64,000 nucleotides of DNA from a virus, in the IMG/VR virus record IMGVR_UViG_3300013767_000193, positions 50 to 64,049 of that record; one strand, 5' to 3'. This document shows positions 19,041 to 27,181 of this stretch, piece by piece (the first letter of the stretch is position 1; the number at the start of each line of letters is the position of its first letter). The notes under the pieces are model-generated. The model made no database searches. It had not been told where the DNA came from and was given only the letters and a program-made list of their open reading frames with translations. The translations under genes and the position numbers were made by a program.

Positions 19041-20045
19041 CTACATTAGCACGGTCGCGTGCGAAACTGCCCAACGCACGAAGGCCTTGGTCTGCTTGAC
19101 CTCGGGCTTGAGCTTGACCGTGTCATTCATGAACAGCACGTTGAAGTCCACCGGCATGCGGTTGGTGAACTCGGTGACCCGGTCGATGTTGTCCTTGTTG
19201 GTGCGCATGGTCAGCGCGCCGGTCATGGCAAACAACACCGCCGGATCGGTCGGCACGTCGGCCGTGGCCGGGTTCAGCAGCAGGCTGTCGATGCTCGGCA
19301 GGCTCGCCGCGATCTTGCGAAACGCGGTGTACTCGGCCGCGGCACCCGGCCCCACGTCGCCCGCCACGGACTCCATGAACAGCAGCGGGTCCAGCGTCTC
19401 CGGCACCAGGTTGGCCTTGTCCCACGAACGCGGCGAGGGGTTCAGCTCACGGTTGGCGTCGAAGTCATGCAGCATGCCCGGCTTGAAGCGCAGGAACTGC
19501 ACCATCATGATGTCGATGCCGCCCTTGTCCAGCGCCCAGTCGCACCAGTCGTCGAGGTTGGTGTCGAACTCGTAGTGGCGCAGCCGGTTGGCGAGCTTGG
19601 TGGTCATGCGGTGCGCGCCGGACTTGTGCTCGGTCTTGTTACCCGTGGCGATGATGAACGTCTCATCGGAGAGCTGCAGGTTGTTCACCCGCAGCTCGAA
19701 CAGCCCCGACAGCGCGTTCTGCATCGGCACTGCGGCATCGCCAAGCTCTTCCACGATGAGCAGGTTGCGCCCGGTTGCGCAGGCGCTCAGCTCTTCCGGC
19801 GGCAGCCAGCGTGCGACTTCCCCGTGGACGTTGGGCAGGCCCAGCAGATCGGTCGGTTCCCGCAGCGATGCGTTGAACACGATCACGTGGTCCCACGGCT
19901 TGCCGAACAGCGCCTCGCCCTCCTTGCCGATCTCGAGGGCCAGGGCAGACTTGCCACCGCCAGGCGCCCCCTTGATGTAGGGGATCGAACGGTTGCTCGT
20001 CTTGAATTGCTCAACGATGCAGGTCTTGATGTCTTGGAACTTCAT
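19041..20045 (-). CDS. MoxR-like AAA+ ATPase
   Basis: GAPGGGKS Walker A, LIVEE Walker B, IIATGN sensor, LANRL, PSPRSW. Confidence 0.88.
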   Translation of the reverse strand: MKFQDIKTCIVEQFKTSNRSIPYIKGAPGGGKSALALEIGKEGEALFGKPWDHVIVFNASLREPTDLLGLPNVHGEVARWLPPEELSACATGRNLLIVEELGDAAVPMQNALSGLFELRVNNLQLSDETFIIATGNKTEHKSGAHRMTTKLANRLRHYEFDTNLDDWCDWALDKGGIDIMMVQFLRFKPGMLHDFDANRELNPSPRSWDKANLVPETLDPLLFMESVAGDVGPGAAAEYTAFRKIAASLPSIDSLLLNPATADVPTDPAVLFAMTGALTMRTNKDNIDRVTEFTNRMPVDFNVLFMNDTVKLKPEVKQTKAFVRWAVSHATVLM

Positions 20046-20075
20046 GGTGTTGCTCCTAGTGAATGAATGATGCGG

Positions 20076-20122
20076 GGTACTGCGTTGGGGTACTGCGTTC
20101 GGTACTGCGTTCGGTACTGCGT
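20076..20122. repeat. Four tandem copies of GGTACTGCGT
   Basis: Copies at 20076, 20089, 20101, 20113; intergenic. Confidence 0.9.
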
Positions 20123-20133
20123 CGTGATAGCTG

Positions 20134-20469
20134 CTACTGCTCCATGCGCCACTCGGCGATCTTGCACGCGACGAACTGCTCGGTGAACCTGCGGAAATCC
20201 ATGCGTGTCCACACCGATCTGCGCGGATCCTCGGTGAGGGACTCGCAGTAGGGGTGCGGTGAGTTATTCTTGGTGGCCTGTCCTGCCTCCCGCCACACGT
20301 CCTCGTGGGCCTCGGCCCAGTCTCTAATCAGGAGCTGATCCGCTCCGCGGATAAGACTGCCGCCCTCGAAGCCCAGCCGTCCGCAGACGTAGGCGATCTC
20401 AATCACATTGGCGATCAGCTCCTCGAGTTCTTGCGAGACTTCCTCGTTATCCCATCGGATGGTGCTCAT
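20134..20469 (-). CDS. Small early protein ending IAEWRMEQ
   Basis: 111 aa from MSTIRW. Confidence 0.7.
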   Translation of the reverse strand: MSTIRWDNEEVSQELEELIANVIEIAYVCGRLGFEGGSLIRGADQLLIRDWAEAHEDVWREAGQATKNNSPHPYCESLTEDPRRSVWTRMDFRRFTEQFVACKIAEWRMEQ

Positions 20470-20744
20470 GGCTTCTGCTCCATGCGGTGGGCGACCATTC
20501 GCGCCACCGTCCAGTCGTGGATGTGGTTGTAGTAGTCCCCCTGGTCGTCGTATACCTTCCCGCGGTACAGGTCCTCGAACTCCATGGCGGCCTCGCAGAT
20601 CCACTCGTTGAGGCCCGTGTCTTCGGGGGAAAACTCGCGTTCCGCCACGGCCAGGGCGATCTCGACAGCGTTCTCCATCAACGCGCGTGCGAGGGCCGCC
20701 GGGATCTTCGCACCGGACTTGTAGACCCGATCCTTGGTGCTCAT
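20466..20744 (-). CDS. Small early protein ending VAHRMEQKP; probable paralog of 20134-20469
   Basis: 92 aa from MSTKDRV. Confidence 0.7.
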   Translation of the reverse strand: MSTKDRVYKSGAKIPAALARALMENAVEIALAVAEREFSPEDTGLNEWICEAAMEFEDLYRGKVYDDQGDYYNHIHDWTVARMVAHRMEQKP

Positions 20745-21085
20745 GTTCCCACCCGGTCGGCTAACACTTCGATCATCGCCTCGGCCACGCGCTCTTCGAG
20801 CACATGCGCCAGCGCCTCCGGATCTAGCGGGATCACCTCGTCCCGTTCCCACGACTCCGCAAACAGCGCGTGGTAATCCGTGATCACGTGGGACACCACC
20901 CCTGAGCCTGATGCGGTCACCGCCACGAGCCGGTGACCGCCGTCGTAGATCGCAACGACCTTGCCCCGCATGACCTCGACGGTGCTCCAGTGTTCAAGGT
21001 TCGTGCCGTAGTGTTCAGCCGTGACTGCATTGATGTAGAACACCCCTTTGTAGCACCTCACCAGTGGTAGTTTCTTTTCCGTCAT
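20741..21085 (-). CDS. Hypothetical early protein
   Basis: 114 aa with GGAG SD. Confidence 0.7.
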   Translation of the reverse strand: MTEKKLPLVRCYKGVFYINAVTAEHYGTNLEHWSTVEVMRGKVVAIYDGGHRLVAVTASGSGVVSHVITDYHALFAESWERDEVIPLDPEALAHVLEERVAEAMIEVLADRVGT

Positions 21086-21091
21086 GATTAC

Positions 21092-21286
21092 TTACTCCAT
21101 TAGCAGGGCTGTCCAGTAGGCGAGACTGGTCTCGATGCGCTCGATGTTGGCCAGGCTCACGCCCTGCACGTGCGCCGCGTCGAGCAGCGCCACCTTGTAC
21201 GCGATGTTGGCGCGGAGGTACGCTTTGTTTTCGAGGGTGTAATCCATCGGCGCGTCGCGCAGGACCATGAGTGCTTGACCCCCCAT
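21092..21286 (-). CDS. Small hypothetical protein
   Basis: 64 aa; start may be 21268. Confidence 0.55.
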   Translation of the reverse strand: MGGQALMVLRDAPMDYTLENKAYLRANIAYKVALLDAAHVQGVSLANIERIETSLAYWTALLME

Positions 21287-21417
21287 GATACGTTGTGGTC
21301 CTTCTCCGCCGGGTGTGGTTGGGTCGGCTCCCTACGGTCTATATCGCCCATCATCGCGGCGAGGTTGTCGACGATGAGATTCGCGACGAAGTTGTCGACG
21401 ACGAGGTCTTCGGACAT
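21157..21417 (-). CDS. Small hypothetical protein, first gene after the 21442 promoter
   Basis: GGAGG SD, MSEDLVVDNF; tail overlaps the next gene. Confidence 0.5.
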   Translation of the reverse strand: MSEDLVVDNFVANLIVDNLAAMMGDIDRREPTQPHPAEKDHNVSWGVKHSWSCATRRWITPSKTKRTSAPTSRTRWRCSTRRTCRA

Positions 21418-21441
21418 AGGCATCCTCCTGAATGAGCCCAC

Positions 21442-21470
21442 AATATACACACAACTAGCTAACTCATCAA
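21442..21470 (-). promoter_or_regulatory. sigma70-like leftward promoter
   Basis: TTGATG-17bp-TATATT; inverted repeat TAACTCA/TGAGTTA over the -35; GTTAGC in the spacer. Confidence 0.65.
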
Positions 21471-21490
21471 TGAGTTAACGCGTTGCTAGC

Positions 21491-21895
21491 TTACGCGGCC
21501 TCAAGTTCCTCAGACGCGCGGTGTGCGTTCTGTGCACTTTGTGGGCTACGTGCCAACCGTGATAGCTGATCGGCGTAGCTCTCTTCGATCCCTAGGTGGG
21601 CTCGGGCCGCCGCCTGGAACGCATCGAGCGTGGCCTGGGCGTTGAAGATACGTGGTGTGCCCAGCAGCTGGCCGGGCAGGGCGTACTCATACAGGGGCTG
21701 GGTGTGGTTGCCCACCACCCGACGCTGCAGTAGCCCGTCCTCGGTGAACGCCGCCAGCCACGGGCTGATCGCCGAGCGCAACCCCTTCGGGGCGGCCTTG
21801 AATATCTCGGCGCGCTTGGACGCTCCGTGCGCTGTGAGATAACCCCGGATGTAACGAAGGGCTACCTCGCGGGCGTTGGGCTTATGTGCTGCCAT
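21491..21895 (-). CDS. Possible winged-HTH protein
   Basis: Helix pattern followed by LLQRRVVG...YEY wing-like strands. Confidence 0.5.
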   Translation of the reverse strand: MAAHKPNAREVALRYIRGYLTAHGASKRAEIFKAAPKGLRSAISPWLAAFTEDGLLQRRVVGNHTQPLYEYALPGQLLGTPRIFNAQATLDAFQAAARAHLGIEESYADQLSRLARSPQSAQNAHRASEELEAA

Positions 21896-22317
21896 GGGTG
21901 GCTCCTCGCATGTCCTTGGTGCGGTCGAACGTTCCGAGATCTCGGCAGATGCTGCGCTCGACGCTCAGCCGGCCCCATACGTCAAAGCCCTCACCGAACG
22001 TGCGGGTCTCGATGTCCTCGTCCTCCTCCCCAATGCGCACGAACTGGCCTTCGATGGCAGCGTCCTCGTTCGCGTCGTCGGTCAGGATCGCGTCGGCCTT
22101 CCCCCCGAAGAAATCTAAGAGGGCTTCGTGCATGGCGACATCCTCATAGTGTGAATACCATTTGGTGTCGTGGTCGATAAAGGCCACGGTGATGGTGCCA
22201 CCGTCGTCCTGCAGCACACACTCCTTCAGTGCCTCGGTGAGCTGCTTATCCATGCGGGCTTCAACCAGCGCGGCGAGCATCGCGTTGCGCGTGCCTACGA
22301 TGAGAGCGGTAACCCAT
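21882..22317 (-). pseudogene. Frameshifted MGYRS-start phage protein
   Basis: AAGGAG SD, ATG GGT TAC CGC TCT, stop after 18 aa; the body (KWY..YEDV, FVRIGEED.D.E) is in another frame. Confidence 0.55.
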
Positions 22318-22320
22318 GAT

Positions 22321-22719
22321 TTACTCCTTGTTGAGGTCCTTAATCTCGGCGCGGATGGCGGCGAGCATGGTGTCGATTGCGGCGTCCAGTTGCTCGCCGG
22401 ACAAGAGTGATTCGCCGCCTGCGTATCCAACGACAATTGCTGCGTCGGCGCCGTCCATTTCATCGGGCCAGTTTGATGAGTCACGAAGCCACCGATACCG
22501 CGCCGCGTCCCGCGCATCCTCCGGTGTGGCGCGCTCGTTCCACGAGGCGCCGCAGTGCTCGTCCTCATCGCTACTTTCGTGCTGGCAACCGCAATTGCCG
22601 CAGACCACGATGCAAGACTGGCGAGGCGTGCCGCGCCGCTCGAAAGATGGCTCATCATGGCCGCAAAACGGACAGGGCGCGAGAGTCAGCCCATCTGCTG
22701 GGGTAGTGGCGGGGGTCAC
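22321..22719 (-). CDS. Lar-family restriction alleviation zinc-finger protein
   Basis: LAPCPFCG...VVCGNCG...WNER, plus DAARYRWLRD module. Confidence 0.8.
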   Translation of the reverse strand: MTPATTPADGLTLAPCPFCGHDEPSFERRGTPRQSCIVVCGNCGCQHESSDEDEHCGASWNERATPEDARDAARYRWLRDSSNWPDEMDGADAAIVVGYAGGESLLSGEQLDAAIDTMLAAIRAEIKDLNKE

Positions 22720-23195
22720 TTTGCCGATTCCTTGCGCTTGTTCCATGGCTTGAATGATTTGATCTCGCTCAGTGCCGGCCATGTACCCGTGAATGTGACG
22801 GCCCTATCGTCAATGGTCAGCAGCGCGGGCGGCTTGTGCGTCGGCCACTTGATCTGCTTGATGATCTCGTCGGCGGTATCGCGTTCAACGATGTGCCACG
22901 GCTCCATCGTCATGCAGCCACGGCGTGAGACTTGTTCATCCCACCACGCGGGATCGTTCGGAAAGTATTCCGTCTGATTCAGTAGGTGATGGCGCAGCCA
23001 GCGCTTCATGGCCAAGCGCCCGAACACGTAGTTCGACCGCGACGAGAAGATGTGCACCTCGAATTGCTCCAGCGCCTCAACGATGAATTGCAGGGCGCCA
23101 GGGACAGGGGCATCGGGGATGGTCCTCGCTCCCTTCCAGCCGCTGCTGTAGGAGTGGATCACGCCATCAAAGTCCAAGCACAGAATCGGTTTCAT
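22716..23195 (-). CDS. HAD-superfamily phosphatase-like protein
   Basis: LCLDFDGVIH motif I, IFSSR, TIDDRA. Confidence 0.8.
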   Translation of the reverse strand: MKPILCLDFDGVIHSYSSGWKGARTIPDAPVPGALQFIVEALEQFEVHIFSSRSNYVFGRLAMKRWLRHHLLNQTEYFPNDPAWWDEQVSRRGCMTMEPWHIVERDTADEIIKQIKWPTHKPPALLTIDDRAVTFTGTWPALSEIKSFKPWNKRKESAK

Positions 23196-23392
23196 GCTTC
23201 CCCCGCAGAAGAGGCGCGCATCAGGTCGCGCGCAATGTCGTTTTCGGTTTCGCCAAACATGATCAGGAATCGGCTCCCGCTTAGCCCGACCTCCGAGCCA
23301 TCAAACACAATTGGCTTGCCTTCCTGCAGCTTTTCCAGATTGAGGCGCGACAGGCCAAAGATGACCAGATCGCCAGATGTTGCCTTGATCAT
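23192..23392 (-). CDS. Small hypothetical protein
   Basis: 66 aa, coupled junctions. Confidence 0.65.
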   Translation of the reverse strand: MIKATSGDLVIFGLSRLNLEKLQEGKPIVFDGSEVGLSGSRFLIMFGETENDIARDLMRASSAGEA

Positions 23393-24381
23393 TGCTTCTC
23401 TCCCTCGTTGGGCGCCTCAGCGGCGGCGAGCCGTGCGTACACATACTGGCGCAATCGTTTCATCGACTCATCCAAAAGAGATCCTCTGTCGCAATAGGCA
23501 GGAGTTCTCGACTGAACAATGATGTCGAGATACTCAACAACCACACGAATGTCATCAATGCGCGTAGCATCCCGCTCCGGCACGGCTTGCGCCTCCGCAC
23601 GCGGAGACGAGGCGCGCTCTTTTCGCAGGTAGACGGCAGCATCCATCAAATGGCCGCGCGCTTGGTCGGATAAGTATGCGGCGCTGCCCTCCGCAATCTG
23701 TTCGAAGATGCGCGCGTATTGCTCATCAAGCTCCGACAGCGCGCCTTGCTGCCGAGATGGCGCCGCCTCAGCAATCACTGACAGAATCCGCCCCTCATCA
23801 TCCTGCCGCGTTACAGCGAGGATATGAGTGTGCGTCTCATCCCACGTTACGACCACTTCGCCGCGCGCATCCTCTGCCTCAACACGCGACACAAGCCCAT
23901 CATCGTGCGACTGCCAGTGACGACCGCGTTCATCGTATTCGGCGGATAGCTTCGGGGCATCCTCTGCGGGCGTGGAACTAGATTGTTCCTTGTGTAGCTT
24001 GCATGTTGGATCGAACACATTGCAGCCTGTTTCGCGCGGATACCCGCATTGGCACAGCAACGCATCTTCTGCGGGCTGGGCGGCGAGTAGGGCGCGAGCG
24101 CGATGCAATACCTTCTCGGTTCGCGGTCCATAGCAGCCATTGCCGATGCACCAGTCCAACTCTGCAATCAGGCTCTGCTGCTCATCGGTCAGCGCGGCAG
24201 GCGATGCCGGCGCAGGGGCGGCGGCGTTGGCGGCCATCCATTCTGCCGTGCGCTTATGCTGATTCCACAGCGCCGCGATGGGGGGGGAGAAGTATGTCCC
24301 CCGCAGCCGGTGCTGCTTGAGGTTGCGCCCCTTGTGCTGCCGCTCGAATTCCTGGCGCAGCTCTGCCTCACTCGGTGCCAT
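23389..24381 (-). CDS. Mosaic early protein with repeated PAEDA linkers
   Basis: 330 aa from MAPSEAE; lower GC3. Confidence 0.7.
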   Translation of the reverse strand: MAPSEAELRQEFERQHKGRNLKQHRLRGTYFSPPIAALWNQHKRTAEWMAANAAAPAPASPAALTDEQQSLIAELDWCIGNGCYGPRTEKVLHRARALLAAQPAEDALLCQCGYPRETGCNVFDPTCKLHKEQSSSTPAEDAPKLSAEYDERGRHWQSHDDGLVSRVEAEDARGEVVVTWDETHTHILAVTRQDDEGRILSVIAEAAPSRQQGALSELDEQYARIFEQIAEGSAAYLSDQARGHLMDAAVYLRKERASSPRAEAQAVPERDATRIDDIRVVVEYLDIIVQSRTPAYCDRGSLLDESMKRLRQYVYARLAAAEAPNEGEKQ

Positions 24382-24383
24382 GT

Positions 24384-24716
24384 TCACTCCTCGTCCTCGT
24401 TGGCCAGCCACAGCCACGCCTGCACCCACTTGCCGCCCTCGCCTTCGCTGGTGATGGCGTCGTGGTCGATCTCGATGTCATCGCTCCAGCCGTAGTGGTC
24501 ACGCAGCATCTCGCGCTCGTCCTCGGACACATGGGCCAGGTCGTCGAGCACGGCACCCAGCTCGGCCACGTGTGTGGCCAGCTCGTTCCAGTCGTCTCCG
24601 GTGGGGGGCACGGCATCGTTGCCGGTGCCATCACCATGCGGGTCGTTCATCTTCTGGGCCTGCTGCGTGACGAACGCCACCAGCCTCTGCGCTTCCTCAA
24701 TGATGCGCATGTTCAC
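24384..24716 (-). CDS. Acidic hypothetical protein
   Basis: 110 aa, ends WVQAWLWLANEDEE. Confidence 0.7.
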   Translation of the reverse strand: MNMRIIEEAQRLVAFVTQQAQKMNDPHGDGTGNDAVPPTGDDWNELATHVAELGAVLDDLAHVSEDEREMLRDHYGWSDDIEIDHDAITSEGEGGKWVQAWLWLANEDEE

Positions 24717-24877
24717 TCCTCGGTGTACTCATATTGCCGGCGGGCCATGGCCTCCAGCTCGCGCTGGTACTCGGCCAGCTGCTCGCGCAGGATCTTACGC
24801 TCGGCCTCCGATACCGCCAGCCGGTGGCGCAGGTCATCCAGCTCGCGCGCCATCACTGCCTTGGTTCGTTGCTGCAT
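24713..24877 (-). CDS. Small coiled-coil protein (54 aa)
   Basis: Hand-translated MQQRTKAVMARELDDLRHRL... Confidence 0.55.
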   Translation of the reverse strand: MQQRTKAVMARELDDLRHRLAVSEAERKILREQLAEYQRELEAMARRQYEYTEE

Positions 24878-24900
24878 GGTGCCCCCTTTCCATCAGATAT

Positions 24901-24932
24901 AAAAAGCCGCGGCGCTATGCAAGCCACCGCGG
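24901..24932 (-). terminator. Rho-independent terminator
   Basis: CCGCGG...CCGCGG stem followed by CTTTTT. Confidence 0.7.
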
Positions 24933-24962
24933 AAGTCGCAGTCGTGATTCGTGATAGCTGAT

Positions 24963-25340
24963 TCACTGTTGTCGAAACAGCGCCTCGAGCTCCAGCACCC
25001 GGTTGACGTAGCTGTCGTACTGCCCTCGGCTCAGCCGGTTGGGCCGCTCGCCCCCACAGGCGTCGCACACACAGGGCTCATGGCGCAGGACAATGTCCTC
25101 GGCCCGGTTCAGGTGCTCCCAGGCCATGTGGCCCAACTCATGCCCGGCCGTCGTCAGGTAGCCCGCCAGGGAACCCATACCTAGGGCCTTGACGGTGCGC
25201 AGCGCCAGGTGGGCTTCGTGGGCTTTGCTCGCCTTCAGCAGCGTGGCGTCGATGACGTCGGTGATGGCCTGCATGTTCTTCGGGGCCGGGTTGGCCGGTA
25301 TCTTGGTGTCCATTGCCTTCTCAGTGTTTATCGTGCTCAT
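24963..25340 (-). CDS. Hypothetical protein with C-terminal CxCxxC
   Basis: 125 aa, good codon usage. Confidence 0.7.
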   Translation of the reverse strand: MSTINTEKAMDTKIPANPAPKNMQAITDVIDATLLKASKAHEAHLALRTVKALGMGSLAGYLTTAGHELGHMAWEHLNRAEDIVLRHEPCVCDACGGERPNRLSRGQYDSYVNRVLELEALFRQQ

Positions 25341-25344
25341 TGCC

Positions 25345-25614
25345 TCACAGCTCCAATAGTTGCGCAGTGAGCTTGGCGAGCTCCTGCTGGATAAGTTCTT
25401 TGTTTGTAGCTGGTTTGCCAGCCTCCATGGCGTAATGCCATCGTGCTTCCATCAGGGCCCGGTCGAAGTCGCGCCTCTCACTCGTCGCCAAATGCATCAG
25501 GTCGACGAGCAAGTTGATGAAGTCGGGGAGGCCGATGGTAACGCTCCCAACACGACCGTGGTGCGCGATGAGGGCTTCGCGTGCTTTGTCCACTCGTGCA
25601 TAGCCTAGGCTCAT
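25345..25614 (-). CDS. Hypothetical protein
   Basis: From MSLGYARV; DLLVDLMHLA pattern. Confidence 0.65.
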   Translation of the reverse strand: MSLGYARVDKAREALIAHHGRVGSVTIGLPDFINLLVDLMHLATSERRDFDRALMEARWHYAMEAGKPATNKELIQQELAKLTAQLLEL

Positions 25615-25640
25615 TGGGTATCTCCCGTTATGTGGCCCAC

Positions 25641-25669
25641 ATGCTAACAACATACACACGATGGGTCAA
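25641..25669 (-). promoter_or_regulatory. sigma70-like leftward promoter
   Basis: TTGACC-17bp-TAGCAT. Confidence 0.6.
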
Positions 25670-25685
25670 CACCGTATGCACAAGC

Positions 25686-25901
25686 TCACAGGGCCAGCCT
25701 AGCCACGAAGCCACCCCGGCGGGTCTCCACCCGGATGCTGCGGGCGTCGCCATAGCAGCGCACCCAGCTGAGGGCATCCGCCACGTTCCAGGCGTTGTGT
25801 ACCTGGCCATCGTGGGTGCCCCCAATGATGCGCACCCGGTAGGGCTTGAGGGCTTCGACGACGGCGCGCTTGATTAGCTTGACAGCTTTGCGGATAGACA
25901 T
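25686..25901 (-). CDS. Small basic protein
   Basis: AAGGAG SD, 71 aa. Confidence 0.7.
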   Translation of the reverse strand: MSIRKAVKLIKRAVVEALKPYRVRIIGGTHDGQVHNAWNVADALSWVRCYGDARSIRVETRRGGFVARLAL

Positions 25902-25969
25902 GATTTGGCTCCTTAGTGGGCTTGGTGGGCTAGGGGCGCGGCGTGATAGCTGCGCCCCACTTGGCGGTG

Positions 25970-26491
25970 TTACTTTTTAACCAACAGCTGCCGCCCCAGC
26001 ATTGAGCCGGCCGCATCCTTCAGTACCCCAGCGGCGAAGACATCCAAGGCGATGCCTGCCGCGGCCGCCATGGCTTGGAACTTGACCATATCCGGGCGGC
26101 GCAGCCTAACCACCACGTGCTCGTAGGGGTCAAGGTCGCCCTTAGCCTTGGCGCCCTCGGCGCGCATCTGCTCCTCGGAGGGCAGGTTGAAGTGCTTCTC
26201 CATGAAGTTCTTCATGACGCCATACCAGGGGGGTTGGCCGGGGCGGCGGTGCGTTTCCCGGATCTGCTCGAAGGACGCAGTGACCTCGGTGCGCTTGGTG
26301 TACTCAGCCTCCAATGCTTCTCGGACCAACGTGGCGGGGGAGTACACTTTGGACTTTCGCCCCTTGGAGTTGAGCGGCTGCCGCTCAGTTTCCACCCTCG
26401 ACAATTCCTTCAGCGTGCGGTACCACTCGGGGTGGATGAGCACCCCGCACACGCTAACCCTGCCGGTCGTGCCGGCGGCTGTTCTACCCAT
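25970..26491 (-). CDS. Probable DNA-binding regulator with two RHH-like segments
   Basis: CGVLIHPEWYRTL...TLVREALE and VVVRLRRPDMVKFQAMAAAAG. Confidence 0.45.
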   Translation of the reverse strand: MGRTAAGTTGRVSVCGVLIHPEWYRTLKELSRVETERQPLNSKGRKSKVYSPATLVREALEAEYTKRTEVTASFEQIRETHRRPGQPPWYGVMKNFMEKHFNLPSEEQMRAEGAKAKGDLDPYEHVVVRLRRPDMVKFQAMAAAAGIALDVFAAGVLKDAAGSMLGRQLLVKK

Positions 26492-26503
26492 GGCTTATCT
26501 CCT

Positions 26504-26871
26504 AACCCATACACGATTGACGATCCCATACACGATGGGCGTTTTCCCATACCTAAAGCGGGCTACATGCCGTGGATCCCGCTCTGGTGGCCAGTCGCAA
26601 GTATACACGATGCGTCTAAACCATACACTTAGCATCTAAGCAAAAGGGTATACCCCCTCCAGTGAGAATTTCGTGTGCTTCGTGGAAATTTTTTTGTACG
26701 CAAAAATTTTCGCTCGCGCACGTATATCCTTTTTCTTAGATGGTACGTGTATGGTTTAGGTAGTGAGTTTATAGATAAGAACGGCCACCAGAGCGGGATC
26801 CACAGCGTGCACCCCAGGTTATGTATGGGAAAACTGGGCCCGTGTATCAACATCCAGGCTATGTATGGTTT
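26504..26871. repeat. Large imperfect palindrome, axis at 26687/26688
   Basis: Arms 26541-26653 and 26722-26834 match 87/113 ungapped (hand count); perfect 21-bp core. Confidence 0.93.
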
Positions 26872-27181
26872 TTCTAAAAACCGTGGCGTCCACCAAGCGC
26901 ACCAAAACCATAAGCCCCGCTTGGATAAACGACCCCGTTCCGGCATAGAAATGTGATAAACATATATCTAAATGCAATACACGGCCCGTCTATTGCGATA
27001 CACGGCTATCTAACCACATTAGACGATCATGTATGTAAGTTAGTAGGTGCTAACCTATTGTCCGCACCTAGCAACAACGTACACACATCGGACTGGTCTC
27101 TTCAGCACACGCCTGACGTGTGGATGCACCAAGCCCACCAAGTGAGCCTGGTGCATTTCGACCTGCACAACCGTGGCGAAC

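Noticed and set aside
26504-26871. Palindrome as a protelomerase telRL site or invertible segment
   Set aside because: It has a 68-bp non-palindromic spacer, and no protelomerase or invertase gene is present
26075-26946. ORFs 26075-26632 (+) and 26629-26946 (-), both containing WIPLWWP
   Set aside because: The shared peptide is a by-product of the DNA palindrome; no coding bias
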